From: Methanobacteriota archaeon
GTDB taxonomy: Archaea > Thermoplasmatota > Poseidoniia > Poseidoniales > Poseidoniaceae
Length of the DNA: 64,000 nt
NCBI GenBank assembly: GCA_018662825.1
Contig: JABJFI010000039.1
Coordinates: 13,643-77,642 of the forward strand
Direction: 5' to 3'
In this document: piece after piece, positions 53,979-63,447 of the stretch
Numbering within the stretch: the stretch's first letter is position 1
How the letters are laid out: each line of letters begins with the position of its first letter
Position numbers and translations under genes: made by a program
Notes under the pieces: generated by a model
The model's database searches: none
What the model saw: only the letters and a program-made list of their open reading frames with translations
What the model was told of the DNA's origin: nothing

Positions 53979-55685
53979 TCAATTTGAAAATTCAGCATGA
54001 CCCCATCGACGGTCCATCAGTTTCCATAACAAAGCCGAGGCGAAGATCAAAGCAACTGAAATAGCAATCATGCCTATGTAACCTTGTTCGACCATGCTCT
54101 GGTCATACATCGAAGCGGTTGCAGCAAGTCCATCTTGGGAGGCGCGTTCCCACCAATTACCATACAGAGACACATCACCTTGAGTGAATGAAAGGAGGAA
54201 TAACAACAGTAAAGGAATCACAGTTCCTATCCAAAACCAAATCATAATTGAAGCATCGAATATGGCTTTATTTGGCCGCAACCCCATCAAGAATGCAGTC
54301 AATGCGACGATGTAAATTGAATTTGCAAACATTACAATAATGCTGGTTGGTAATGCACCCCATTCATCAAGTCGCCACGCCATGAGAACAATAAAAATTA
54401 GAGAAATCCATGAAGTAGCAAGGAAATAGACGACAACTTTGGCACGGATAAGTTGTGGGACGCGCAGGGGGAGTCCATTCATGAATTCTGGAGAGTCCAA
54501 AATCGTCAACCACGAGTAGAAATTAAAACCGAAAAAACCGAGGAATGGTGCATAAGAAAGTAAATTTATTGGAATTGGCGCTTCAGAAAAATCAACGAGC
54601 CATGCCATGCCAAGCAGCACCAAAAGAGGGATTGCATACGAAACAGTCATCTTTTTTATCGAACCCGAACGGAACAAATCGACAAATTCTTTTGCTACAA
54701 TGAGGCGAATTTCACCCTTGCCAAGGAATCCTAAACGTTGGTACATTGGCATGAAGAGTTCTGTTCTCTCCACGACAGATACATCAAAATCATCGATAAT
54801 GAGTGCAGATGAGATGAGTCCAACTATCAAACAGGCAAGTAATGCCAGTAGAGCAGAGAGCATATTCTGTGTATTTTGAACCCCTAAGCCCCAAAGTATC
54901 GAGCTAAGGTCGAATTTTCCGAGACCAATTGCAATTCCCAACGCAACCACTAACAGTGGTCCAAAAATAGTGAATGGCCGGCCCCTCATCCACAGAGCAG
55001 AAGCCAAGAAGGCGATGGCAAGGCCTTGTGCCAAGGTGATAATCATAGCGAGCCACGTCCATGGTACACTCGACCATTCCAATGGAGTTAAAATTCCAGC
55101 AAGTGATTCAAGTAAAATCCCAATCGCCATACCTGCTACAACTGGTGAAAGTATCAATACGACATAGAAGCATAAATCCTTGATAAAATAAGCAAAATGA
55201 GCCACTGAGTTGGGGAGTGGTTGCAATGCTGGTGCTGCTAAAAGATAATTTTTGGTTCCAGCACGTTGAACAATTGCATCATGTCCCATGAAGGCAAAAG
55301 TACCCATTCCAAGACTAAACATCAGCAATGGTAGGTGTAAAGCAAAGCGTAATTCTTGCCAAGTGAATGTCTTAGATTCAATATCGGAAACTTGTGCCGA
55401 CGAATCGCCGACAAGAAATTGTAAACCAATGGTAGTAATTGCCGTTACGAGGGCTAATAGTAGCGGAAATAGCACCATTTGACGTTTTTTAGCGAATTCA
55501 AGACTCTTCCGCCCTTCCTCTTTGAACATCACAAGAAATGTCGCAGAAAATGCCTCCCATCCTCGCAACGGTTCATGCAATTGTTGTTCGTGAGCACTGG
55601 TTCCCAATGGGCGATTAATCATCGATTGGTCATCGATAACTTCATCCCAATCGCGAGAAACAACGTTCACTCCAGGCACGTTCAC
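53979..55685 (-). CDS. Polytopic membrane protein, presumed permease of the adjacent ABC ATPase
   Basis: 568 aa with about 12 or more TM helices. It overlaps the stop of the upstream ABC ATPase gene by 4 nt. Confidence 0.5.
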   Translation of the reverse strand: MNVPGVNVVSRDWDEVIDDQSMINRPLGTSAHEQQLHEPLRGWEAFSATFLVMFKEEGRKSLEFAKKRQMVLFPLLLALVTAITTIGLQFLVGDSSAQVSDIESKTFTWQELRFALHLPLLMFSLGMGTFAFMGHDAIVQRAGTKNYLLAAPALQPLPNSVAHFAYFIKDLCFYVVLILSPVVAGMAIGILLESLAGILTPLEWSSVPWTWLAMIITLAQGLAIAFLASALWMRGRPFTIFGPLLVVALGIAIGLGKFDLSSILWGLGVQNTQNMLSALLALLACLIVGLISSALIIDDFDVSVVERTELFMPMYQRLGFLGKGEIRLIVAKEFVDLFRSGSIKKMTVSYAIPLLVLLGMAWLVDFSEAPIPINLLSYAPFLGFFGFNFYSWLTILDSPEFMNGLPLRVPQLIRAKVVVYFLATSWISLIFIVLMAWRLDEWGALPTSIIVMFANSIYIVALTAFLMGLRPNKAIFDASIMIWFWIGTVIPLLLLFLLSFTQGDVSLYGNWWERASQDGLAATASMYDQSMVEQGYIGMIAISVALIFASALLWKLMDRRWGHAEFSN

Positions 55686-56473
55686 TCCTCCTCAGAATCC
55701 CCGTCTTTGACACCTTCATCACTGAAGCGCTCCACTTCTTCAATCGAACGTCCGACCAATCGGATAAAGACATCTTCAAGTGTTTCTTCATCAGATTGTT
55801 TGAGGCCTTTTACCGTTCCAGCAGCAAGCACTTTGCCGTTGTTGATAATAGCCATACGGTTACACATTCTTTCAGCCATTTCAAGAACATGTGAGCAAAG
55901 AAAAATGGTTCCACCATTTTTCACATGTTCTAGAAGCCACTGTCGGCATTTTCGCTGATATATCGGGTCGAGGTTAGCAAATGGTTCATCGAGGAACAAT
56001 AATTTTGGTTTGTGAATAAAAGCAGCTGCAAGCATTACTTTTTGTCGCTGGCCTTTAGACAAATCTTTGCACATTGTGTCTCGTTTCTCTTCCAATCCAA
56101 ACCAGTCAATCCAATGTTTGACTTGTTCGCTAAGATTCTCCACTGTTCGCAATTTTGCAACAAATTCAAGGAATTCAACAGGTGTTAGAAAGGACGGTGG
56201 CGATTCTGATTCGGGTACAATACCAATATTCGCTTTGACTTTTTGTGGGTCGGTAACTGCATTTACTCCAAGTACTTCGATTCGACCCTTACTTGGTCGC
56301 AGTTGTCCCGTAAGGAGTTTGATGAAGGTTGATTTTCCCGCCCCATTTGGCCCGAAAACGCCAAAAAATTCACCGGCGTGAACTTCGACATTAAGGGGGT
56401 GCAAGGCTACAAAATCTCCGTATTTCTTGGCCATGTCTTCAGCCATGACAAGAGGGGCAAGTGATTCAACCAT
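55682..56473 (-). CDS. ABC transporter ATP-binding protein (ABC-2/exporter type)
   Basis: Carries Walker A GPNGAGKST, signature LSKGQRQK, Walker B LLFLDEP, and an H-loop CSH. Confidence 0.9.
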   Translation of the reverse strand: MVESLAPLVMAEDMAKKYGDFVALHPLNVEVHAGEFFGVFGPNGAGKSTFIKLLTGQLRPSKGRIEVLGVNAVTDPQKVKANIGIVPESESPPSFLTPVEFLEFVAKLRTVENLSEQVKHWIDWFGLEEKRDTMCKDLSKGQRQKVMLAAAFIHKPKLLFLDEPFANLDPIYQRKCRQWLLEHVKNGGTIFLCSHVLEMAERMCNRMAIINNGKVLAAGTVKGLKQSDEETLEDVFIRLVGRSIEEVERFSDEGVKDGDSEEE

Positions 56474-56578
56474 GGGCTTACCAAACCGTCGTGGTCTTTG
56501 AGTTCTTGGTTTCTACATGATGAATTGCAATATTCAATCGGTCGGTGAAATGATGAACCGATACCGACTGGCATTGGC

Positions 56579-57421
56579 ATGGGCGCACCGCAGACCGATG
56601 TACTTTCAATCGAAGAATTACCAATCAATGAGCAAAAAGATGTGGGCTCAATTGCATTGGTAACCATCAACCGTCCAGATAAACTCAACGCATTGAATGA
56701 TGAGGTTATGTCTAGTTTGAAATCGATGGTAGCTTGGGTTGAAGCGACAGATTCGATCCGAGTCGTTGTTCTTACAGGCGCACAACCAAATCAACCACCC
56801 GAAGGGAAGCGAGCTAAACCTAATGCCTTTGTTGCCGGTGCAGACATTACCGAATTTGTCGGGAAGCGTAGCGATGATATCCGTGTCATGTTTGCAGACA
56901 ATGCAGTTGAAGCATTATGGAACTTAAGTAAACCAACTATCGCCATGGTCGACGGTTTTGCTCTTGGCGGAGGATGTGAAGTTGCTTGTTCTTGCGATGT
57001 GCGAATTGCCAGTAATCGTTCACGATTCGGAACGCCAGAAATCAATCTAGGTTTGATTCCAGGATACGGAGCAACTCAACGCTTAGTTCGCCTTATCGGA
57101 TATGGTAAAACAATGGAAATGGTGATGACCGGAGAGATGATTGATGCTGACGAAGCACACCGTATTGGCTTGGCAAACCATGTTTGCTCACCAGATGAAC
57201 TTAGAGAATTCACATTGAATATGGCTCGTCTGATTGGGAGTAAATCTTCCAATACATTACGCGTTGGAAAGGCTACTATTCGTGCAGCGCTTGATGTAGG
57301 ACTGACAGAAGGAGTTGCACTTGAAGCAGAAGCTTTTGCAAGTTTATTTGATTCCAAAGACAAAGAAATTGGAGTCAATGCCTTTCTCAATAGAAAAACT
57401 GCAGAATGGGAACATCGATGA
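56579..57421 (+). CDS. Enoyl-CoA hydratase/isomerase family protein
   Basis: Shows crotonase motifs (FVAGADI, VDGFALGGGCEVACSCDVRIA, PEINLGLIPGYG). Confidence 0.85.
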   Translation: MGAPQTDVLSIEELPINEQKDVGSIALVTINRPDKLNALNDEVMSSLKSMVAWVEATDSIRVVVLTGAQPNQPPEGKRAKPNAFVAGADITEFVGKRSDDIRVMFADNAVEALWNLSKPTIAMVDGFALGGGCEVACSCDVRIASNRSRFGTPEINLGLIPGYGATQRLVRLIGYGKTMEMVMTGEMIDADEAHRIGLANHVCSPDELREFTLNMARLIGSKSSNTLRVGKATIRAALDVGLTEGVALEAEAFASLFDSKDKEIGVNAFLNRKTAEWEHR

Positions 57422-57476
57422 ATTCTATCGAAACAATTCAAATTCTCAATTATTTGTTTAGCCTATCGGCTGGTAG

Positions 57477-57495
57477 TGAGGGGTATCGCCCCTCA
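57477..57495. terminator. 7-bp GC-rich hairpin between convergent genes
   Basis: TGAGGGG-TATCG-CCCCTCA, read directly. It lies between the crotonase stop (57421) and the stop of the minus-strand gene (57524). Confidence 0.3.
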
Positions 57496-57523
57496 GCGGC
57501 GGGGTGGCTTTACGCCAAGGTTC

Positions 57524-57919
57524 TCAACAACGGTAGCCGTTCTTTCGAGCGAAATCACGAAAGTGTGCCATATGTACAGCATTCTTGCGAACAAAAGAAC
57601 GAGGGGCAACTCCTTCCCATCGACCCAAAAGTTCGTTCCAGACACGGTCGCACACAGTACCTTGAAGGCTTGCAAGCAATCGAAGATTGGTTGCCATCTT
57701 TGCAGCATCATTTGGACAGCAAGGTCCAACATTACGTGCTTCTGCCTTCTTGTTTCGTTCCTCAAGTTTAGCAGCAACCCATTCTAGACGGATTTCTTCT
57801 GCGCGAGGGTTGTTAGCTGTAGCTGGGCCCTTCTTTGTGGTAGAGCGACCATTTTTTCGGTTGCCAGTTCTTCGATTCTTCCCATTGTGGTGGGGATTAA
57901 TGTTACGGTTTGTTCTCAT
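57524..57919 (-). CDS. Small protein with extremely basic Asn/Arg/Lys-rich N-terminal tail; function unknown
   Basis: 131 aa from an ATG preceded by AGGAGA at 9 nt. The tail is MRTNRNINPHHNGKNRRTGNRKNGRSTTKKG, followed by a globular-looking ~90-aa domain. Several overlapping ORFs in other frames make this call tentative. Confidence 0.4.
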   Translation of the reverse strand: MRTNRNINPHHNGKNRRTGNRKNGRSTTKKGPATANNPRAEEIRLEWVAAKLEERNKKAEARNVGPCCPNDAAKMATNLRLLASLQGTVCDRVWNELLGRWEGVAPRSFVRKNAVHMAHFRDFARKNGYRC

Positions 57920-58121
57920 TTTTGTATTTCTCCTGATTTGATTATGGCTTTGCCATGGCTTAGCCAATCATCGCATCTGTATCGGAGCATTATACAATCA
58001 TGATTTCACCTGTGAATTATTATGTTTGAGAGGGTATCTAGTCGCTTCCTCGGCCAACATTATTACTTGGAACCCACTCTATATAAAACGGGGCTGGGTA
58101 TGCCCAATTTTTCTCGAAAAA

Positions 58122-58844
58122 TCAAAATCCAACGACAATATTCCAAGCCACCACAAAGATGGCTACATCGGCACAAGCATGGGTTATCCAGGCAATCCAA
58201 ATACTTCGATATTCAAGATAAACCCATGAAAAGACAGCACCTCCGATGAAAACACCTAACGATGCAATTGCGGTCCCAAGAGGATCTAGGAAGAAATACA
58301 AAGCAATGCTGTGATGAAGGGTAAAAATGGCCGATGATAATAAGATTGGGCGCCATTTACCGCCAATCAATTGCTCCAATTTAGAAGTGATAAACCATCG
58401 GAAAACGTATTCTTCCAGAACAGAATTGATGAATACCCAAAACACAATCGCTGCTGCTAAGTTCCAAGGAACAGTCAATCCGACGGGATGGAGAATAGAT
58501 TTGAGTGCATCCGGTTGAAGCATTTTATCCCCAAGCCAAAAATAAGCAAGCCAGACAACAATCATCATACCGAATCCAAGGAGAAAAGCCATCCTCCACC
58601 CACCTTTTTCTACTGGAGACCAAGAAAAATCCTGTTTTTCAATTCGCAAATGCCAATAAACTGGTAAACCAAACATCCAAATTTTTGTGAAGATAAACAC
58701 AATTACTGCCAAAGTTCCAGCCTTAAATGCAAAACCAGTAGTGACAGAGATACTTGGCGCAATACTGACTAAAATAAGTCCCAAAACCGCAATATTGCGT
58801 TTTGAAAGAATAATTTCAGAATTTTCATTAAGGCTCGATGACAC
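58122..58844 (-). CDS. CPBP-family (CAAX-type) intramembrane glutamic protease
   Basis: Has the EEYVFRW motif, a later FTLHHS motif, and about 7 TMs. Confidence 0.7.
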   Translation of the reverse strand: MSSSLNENSEIILSKRNIAVLGLILVSIAPSISVTTGFAFKAGTLAVIVFIFTKIWMFGLPVYWHLRIEKQDFSWSPVEKGGWRMAFLLGFGMMIVVWLAYFWLGDKMLQPDALKSILHPVGLTVPWNLAAAIVFWVFINSVLEEYVFRWFITSKLEQLIGGKWRPILLSSAIFTLHHSIALYFFLDPLGTAIASLGVFIGGAVFSWVYLEYRSIWIAWITHACADVAIFVVAWNIVVGF

Positions 58845-58900
58845 TTTGACTCAAAGCGTTGTCAATTCTATTGCTCTTCAATGTTGACACGAATATCGAG

Positions 58901-59836
58901 TCAATTATTCATTTCGTCTTTCAATTGAGCCAAAGCATTACTAGCATTTGGAATCGGAAGTGGAAGGCCAAGTGGTGTCCCATCTAGTCCCATAAGTGGG
59001 GGAAGTGGTTTTCCATCTGGCCCTAATAGTTCTGGCAGTTCAGGTTCTTTTCTACTTTGCACTTTTTCAAAGCCATCATCAAGAGCAGTTCGGAGTTTCA
59101 AAATCCGAGTCTCATCAATGCGAATAAAAGAAGCTCCATAGATGTGACCAGATTCAGGATTCTCGGGTGTGACCAAAACGGATTGCCCGTGACCAGGCGT
59201 TTGTAAAAGAGCCACTAAGTCTTCTCCAGCAGTTTGCTCTTCCCACATGCGTGCGGTTGATGCACGAATATCAGCCAGTTGACCTCTTCTGCGCAATTCA
59301 ATTTTCTGTCGAATTTGGTCATGCTTGATTCTGCGCTGACTTATCGAGGATTCGATATCAGCGTTTTCTACAGATTCAGGGCTGACTTCAACGACGAATT
59401 CATCAGCCACATGGACATCATCCATCTCAAGTGTGACTTCAACAATTTCTTCGCCATGAGTTTCACTTTCCGCGATTAAAGATTGTTGAATTTCTTCTCT
59501 TTTTGATTCTGCAGCTTGGATTTTGGCAAGTTTTCGTTCACGTAATGTTGCGCCATCAAGTTCACCTTCGGTCACTGGTTGAGGGATGTTCAAATCATTC
59601 TCGGGTTCACTTTCTTGAGATTTAACAGTTGGTTTCGCCTTCAAGTTTGCCTGTTGAACGCGAGCAACAGGTTTCTTTGAACCAAGAACAATCCAAGCAA
59701 AGGAAAAAGCAAGAATTATCGCGATACTAATCCATTTACTGTTATCATTCAATTCACCTGCTTTCAACAGGTAATATGCCGCAACTGAGAGGGCACATAG
59801 TCCAGATATCGAGCGTGCGAATCCCATGTCCCTCAC
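58901..59836 (-). CDS. Membrane-anchored acidic/coiled-coil protein; function unknown
   Basis: Has two N-terminal TMs followed by an acidic, low-complexity and helical region. Confidence 0.45.
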   Translation of the reverse strand: MRDMGFARSISGLCALSVAAYYLLKAGELNDNSKWISIAIILAFSFAWIVLGSKKPVARVQQANLKAKPTVKSQESEPENDLNIPQPVTEGELDGATLRERKLAKIQAAESKREEIQQSLIAESETHGEEIVEVTLEMDDVHVADEFVVEVSPESVENADIESSISQRRIKHDQIRQKIELRRRGQLADIRASTARMWEEQTAGEDLVALLQTPGHGQSVLVTPENPESGHIYGASFIRIDETRILKLRTALDDGFEKVQSRKEPELPELLGPDGKPLPPLMGLDGTPLGLPLPIPNASNALAQLKDEMNN

Positions 59837-59860
59837 GCCACTCCAAATTGTATTAACTTA

Positions 59861-60526
59861 TCATGCTGATGGCAATTGACGTAGCAAGTCATTCAATGCC
59901 CGGCTACGGTGGCTGTAGGCTTGTTTCTCTTCAAGTGACATGGCTCCGAATGTTTTTCCATGAGCACTATTTACTCCATAAGTTCCTTGAGCCAATGGCT
60001 CCCCATATTCATCTAGGTCATTGGGTGTAAACACAGGGTCAAATCCAAAACCACCATCGCCTCTACTTTCAAGAGCAATCCATCCTGGACATTTTCCATT
60101 TCCATAGAGGATTTGGCCGTTCATCCATAAAGCAGCAACTGCTTGGAATTCTGCTGAACGCAATTGTGCACATTGTATTGTGTCCTCGCTTTGCAGATGA
60201 TTGAGTAATCGAAGAACTCCAGAGCAACCGATTGTCTCCAATACATATGCGGAGTAGACTCCCGGAAAACCATTCAGTGCATCGATAAATAATCCAGCAT
60301 CTTCTACTAATACCATATCATTCGATTTATCACCATCTGGTAAATGTTGTAAGGCCTGAGCAATTTTCGATTGAGCAACTTCTTCTAAAGTGTTGACTTG
60401 CGGCTCAATAATGTCTCCCTCATCAACCATAAGATGACGTACAGTATATCCTAATGGCTGTAGATGATGTGTTGCTTCTTTGAGTTTCCCGGCATTACTT
60501 GTGAGGAACCAGATGGTGCGCGACAT
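59861..60526 (-). CDS. rdgB: Non-canonical purine NTP pyrophosphatase (RdgB/HAM1/ITPase)
   Basis: Carries TSNAGKLKE, GFPGVYS, FGFDPVF and SHRSRAL. The start was moved to the ATG at 60526. Confidence 0.8.
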   Translation of the reverse strand: MSRTIWFLTSNAGKLKEATHHLQPLGYTVRHLMVDEGDIIEPQVNTLEEVAQSKIAQALQHLPDGDKSNDMVLVEDAGLFIDALNGFPGVYSAYVLETIGCSGVLRLLNHLQSEDTIQCAQLRSAEFQAVAALWMNGQILYGNGKCPGWIALESRGDGGFGFDPVFTPNDLDEYGEPLAQGTYGVNSAHGKTFGAMSLEEKQAYSHRSRALNDLLRQLPSA

Positions 60527-60629
60527 GGTTCTGCTATGGCTTTTGCATATTGAGGTAGTGGGAGAAAATAGTACTTCTAACCGTTTTTTCAAAGCGAGTA
60601 TTCAAAGACCAAGAACATGAGCCAATGGT

Positions 60630-61001
60630 ATGTTGCAACAACTTGGACTTGTCGCTTTTGGCGGTGCACTTGGGGCTGCATTACGATATCTGGTAAGTGA
60701 GTGGATATCCGTTGAATCCTTTCCTTATGCGACACTTTCAGTCAATCTAATTGGCTCATTTCTCTTGGGAGTATTAGCGGTGGGCTTGGCTCAAAATCTA
60801 CTTTCAGCCAATATGGCATTACTGCTTGGAACTGGTGTTCTTGGGGCATTTACAACAATGTCGACATTTTCTGTTGAAACAATACAAATGTTTGACCAAG
60901 GGCACGGCAGTTCAGCAATAATCTATGTTGCTCTCACAATGGCATTAGGCCCACTCCTCGCTTTGATTGGATGGAAACTCGGAGAATCGATTTTTGTATA
61001 A
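60630..61001 (+). CDS. crcB: Fluoride channel CrcB/FluC
   Basis: 123 aa with four TMs. Carries GGALGAALRY, GSFLLG and GAFTTMSTFS. Confidence 0.85.
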   Translation: MLQQLGLVAFGGALGAALRYLVSEWISVESFPYATLSVNLIGSFLLGVLAVGLAQNLLSANMALLLGTGVLGAFTTMSTFSVETIQMFDQGHGSSAIIYVALTMALGPLLALIGWKLGESIFV

Positions 61002-61088
61002 TTGAATGGCTTTATTTAGGGGCTTTATGTTAGCGCTATTCAAAGAACATCAAGCGTATTAATTTCGTTTGCCCTAAGAGTTGAGAAC

Positions 61089-61508
61089 ATGACCGAACAT
61101 AATCTAATCCAAATTTTGAATGAAGCCCTCGGGTGGGAATTACGCGCTGCCAATATGTATGCCCATTATGCTGCCAATATTCGAGGAATTAATCGCCTCC
61201 AACTTTCTCCTCTGTTTACCAGCGAAGCTACCGAATCGACCGCTCATGCGGATATCGTTCGAAAGGCTATTGTCAAACTTGGAGGAGTTCCGGTAACTGA
61301 GCGCAATTCACATGAGATTATTCATACCACACAATTTGATGAAATGTTGGTCTATTCCTTAGAAACTGAAACCCAAGCAGCGACGGTGTATTCAAAAATT
61401 ATGGTTGAAATTGAAATACTTGGCGACCAAGATTTACATGATGCTATTGAACAAATTTACTTGGCTGAACTTCGAAGTTTGGAAGAGTTACGACTGCTCA
61501 TGGAATAA
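61089..61508 (+). CDS. Ferritin-like (bacterioferritin/Dps-like) four-helix-bundle protein
   Basis: LNEALGWELRAANMYAHYA and E..H spacing are consistent with the ferritin-like superfamily. The specific family was not resolved. Confidence 0.5.
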   Translation: MTEHNLIQILNEALGWELRAANMYAHYAANIRGINRLQLSPLFTSEATESTAHADIVRKAIVKLGGVPVTERNSHEIIHTTQFDEMLVYSLETETQAATVYSKIMVEIEILGDQDLHDAIEQIYLAELRSLEELRLLME

Positions 61509-62192
61509 TTAACCATGATACCGAACACGAGAACGAACATCTTCGAGACGTTTGAGGACTTGTGTTGCAGTAGGAACAGCTCCTCCAGATTGCTCTGGCG
61601 GTTCTCCTAATCGCAGTTCTTCAGAAGCATAACCTTCCAATAACAAATCGATTGCACCGTTTTGCTCTGGATGAGAGGCACCGAGTATTTCATCGATAAC
61701 GTGGAGGTCAATTCCAAATCGCTCAATCTCATAATCAATAGCAGCAAGTCCAAAGTCAATCAATGAAGGCTTACCGTTTTCATCAACAAGAATGTTATTG
61801 GTTGAGAGGTCACCGTGAGTAATCGCTTCACGATGGAGTCGTCGAATTAATGCACCAGTATTCCGCAAGGTCTTATCAATAAATTCCTGTGATATTTCTC
61901 CATTCCTCAAAATTTCTATCAATGGCAATCCCGGCATTCGCTCGAGTATCATCCGACCCGATTTTGGATCTAGGTCCCAAACTGCTGGAACATTTAGACC
62001 GCATCTTTTGAGTCTTATGAGAAGTCGAGATTCGCTCATCATCCGCCTATAACCGAGGCGGTTATCGAGGTCAGGATGGCGCCATTTGCGAGGCCGACGA
62101 AGTTTTCGCACAGCGTCTTGGCCCATCCATGTTCCTGCCCATACTTCAGCCTCAGCACCAAGGTGCAAACGCTCGCTCGGAACAAAGGCCAT
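61509..62192 (-). CDS. bud32: Bud32/PRPK-type atypical kinase (KEOPS subunit)
   Basis: A short RIO-like kinase carrying GAEAEV, a conserved K, HGDLSTNNILV and LIDFGLA. It is not fused to Kae1. Confidence 0.75.
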   Translation of the reverse strand: MAFVPSERLHLGAEAEVWAGTWMGQDAVRKLRRPRKWRHPDLDNRLGYRRMMSESRLLIRLKRCGLNVPAVWDLDPKSGRMILERMPGLPLIEILRNGEISQEFIDKTLRNTGALIRRLHREAITHGDLSTNNILVDENGKPSLIDFGLAAIDYEIERFGIDLHVIDEILGASHPEQNGAIDLLLEGYASEELRLGEPPEQSGGAVPTATQVLKRLEDVRSRVRYHG

Positions 62193-62277
62193 GAAGGGCG
62201 CTTTTGTTCCCTATTTATCAACACTTCAGCAAAGGTTTGCTTCAAAAGGGAGGACTTTGTGCCAGTGTTGAAGCAAG

Positions 62278-63444
62278 ATGACGGTTTCTCTGCCAATGTG
62301 CTCCGTGGATTTCACGGATACTTCCCTTTCTCTTGAAGAACAAGTAATCGCAGACCGAATTGAAGAATTACGAGAACAACTCGGAGACCAATTGCTTATT
62401 CTTGGCCACCATTATCAGCGTGACAGTATTGTCATGCATGCAGATTTTCTTGGAGATTCATTCATGCTAAGTCAAATGGCGGCTGAATCCAAAGCAAAGT
62501 ACATTGTATTTTGCGGGGTCCATTTCATGGCGGAATCTGCGGATATACTAACCAATGATGACCAAATTGTTGTGCTTCCAAACATGAGGGCTGGCTGCTC
62601 AATGGCAGATATGGCCACATTAGTAGATGTAGAAACGGCTTGGAAAAACATCTTGCTACATTCGGGTCTTGATGACCCCATTGAACGAGAAGACCCGACT
62701 GCTTTGGCATCGAATGATGATAAATTTTTGGTACCTGTTACCTACATGAATAGTAGTGCAGATTTGAAAGATTTTGTTGGGCGACATGGAGGAATCGTTT
62801 GCACTTCGAGCAACGCTCAAGGCGTACTTAACTGGGCGTTTGAACGTGCAGGAAAGAACGGCTCCGTCTTGTTTTTCCCAGATCAACACCTTGGACGAAA
62901 TACTGGAAATGCCATGGGCATTCCACTTGAAAAAATGTCAACTTGGACTCCTAATCAGTGTAAAGAGGTACAAGGTTGGAAGGAAATTCAAAATGCGAAA
63001 ATAATTTTGTGGCATGGTTTCTGTTCTGTTCACAAGCGATTTACTAAACCTCAAATCGATGATTTCCGGGCTCGTCATCCTGATGGTATTGTGGTCGTAC
63101 ATCCGGAATGTCCTATCGAAACAGTAGCAGCAAGTGATGCAAATGGCTCAACCCAATACATTCGAAACTTTGTTGCAGAGCAATCACCAGGGGCAAAAAT
63201 TGCGATTGGAACTGAAATAAATATGGTCGCACGTTTAGCCAATGAGCACCCAGATAAACACATCGAGTGCCTTGATGGCGAAATTTGTCCCTGCTCAACA
63301 ATGTACATGATTCATCCAGCCTACTTGATGGATGTGCTTGAACGAATTGTAGATGGGGAAAAGCCAAATCAAATCCAGGTCCCACCTTCGATTCAAGAAG
63401 GTTCATTGTGGGCATTGGAACGAATGCTTAGTATCAAAAAGTGA
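62278..63444 (+). CDS. nadA: Quinolinate synthase
   Basis: Carries LGHHYQRDSIV, FCGVHFMAESADIL and conserved Cys ligands (CSM, CSVH, CPC-type). Confidence 0.85.
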   Translation: MTVSLPMCSVDFTDTSLSLEEQVIADRIEELREQLGDQLLILGHHYQRDSIVMHADFLGDSFMLSQMAAESKAKYIVFCGVHFMAESADILTNDDQIVVLPNMRAGCSMADMATLVDVETAWKNILLHSGLDDPIEREDPTALASNDDKFLVPVTYMNSSADLKDFVGRHGGIVCTSSNAQGVLNWAFERAGKNGSVLFFPDQHLGRNTGNAMGIPLEKMSTWTPNQCKEVQGWKEIQNAKIILWHGFCSVHKRFTKPQIDDFRARHPDGIVVVHPECPIETVAASDANGSTQYIRNFVAEQSPGAKIAIGTEINMVARLANEHPDKHIECLDGEICPCSTMYMIHPAYLMDVLERIVDGEKPNQIQVPPSIQEGSLWALERMLSIKK

Positions 63445-63447
63445 AAC

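Noticed and set aside
57406-57941. Plus-strand ORFs (121, 103 and 84 aa) and a second minus-strand ORF (94 aa) overlapping the basic-protein gene.
   Set aside because: None has a ribosome-binding box or a recognisable domain. The chosen minus-strand frame has an AGGAGA box and a downstream hairpin. The call remains tentative (see finding).
57968-58121. Possible tRNA or small RNA in the gap between the basic-protein gene and the CPBP protease gene.
   Set aside because: I found no cloverleaf-compatible arms or T-loop (GTTCRANYC) motif on either strand. It is more likely a promoter or spacer.
60593-60629. Possible fluoride riboswitch (crcB motif) upstream of crcB.
   Set aside because: Only about 37 nt separate crcB from the neighbouring divergent gene. 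That is too short for the ~60-nt pseudoknotted aptamer, and no conserved aptamer sequence is visible.
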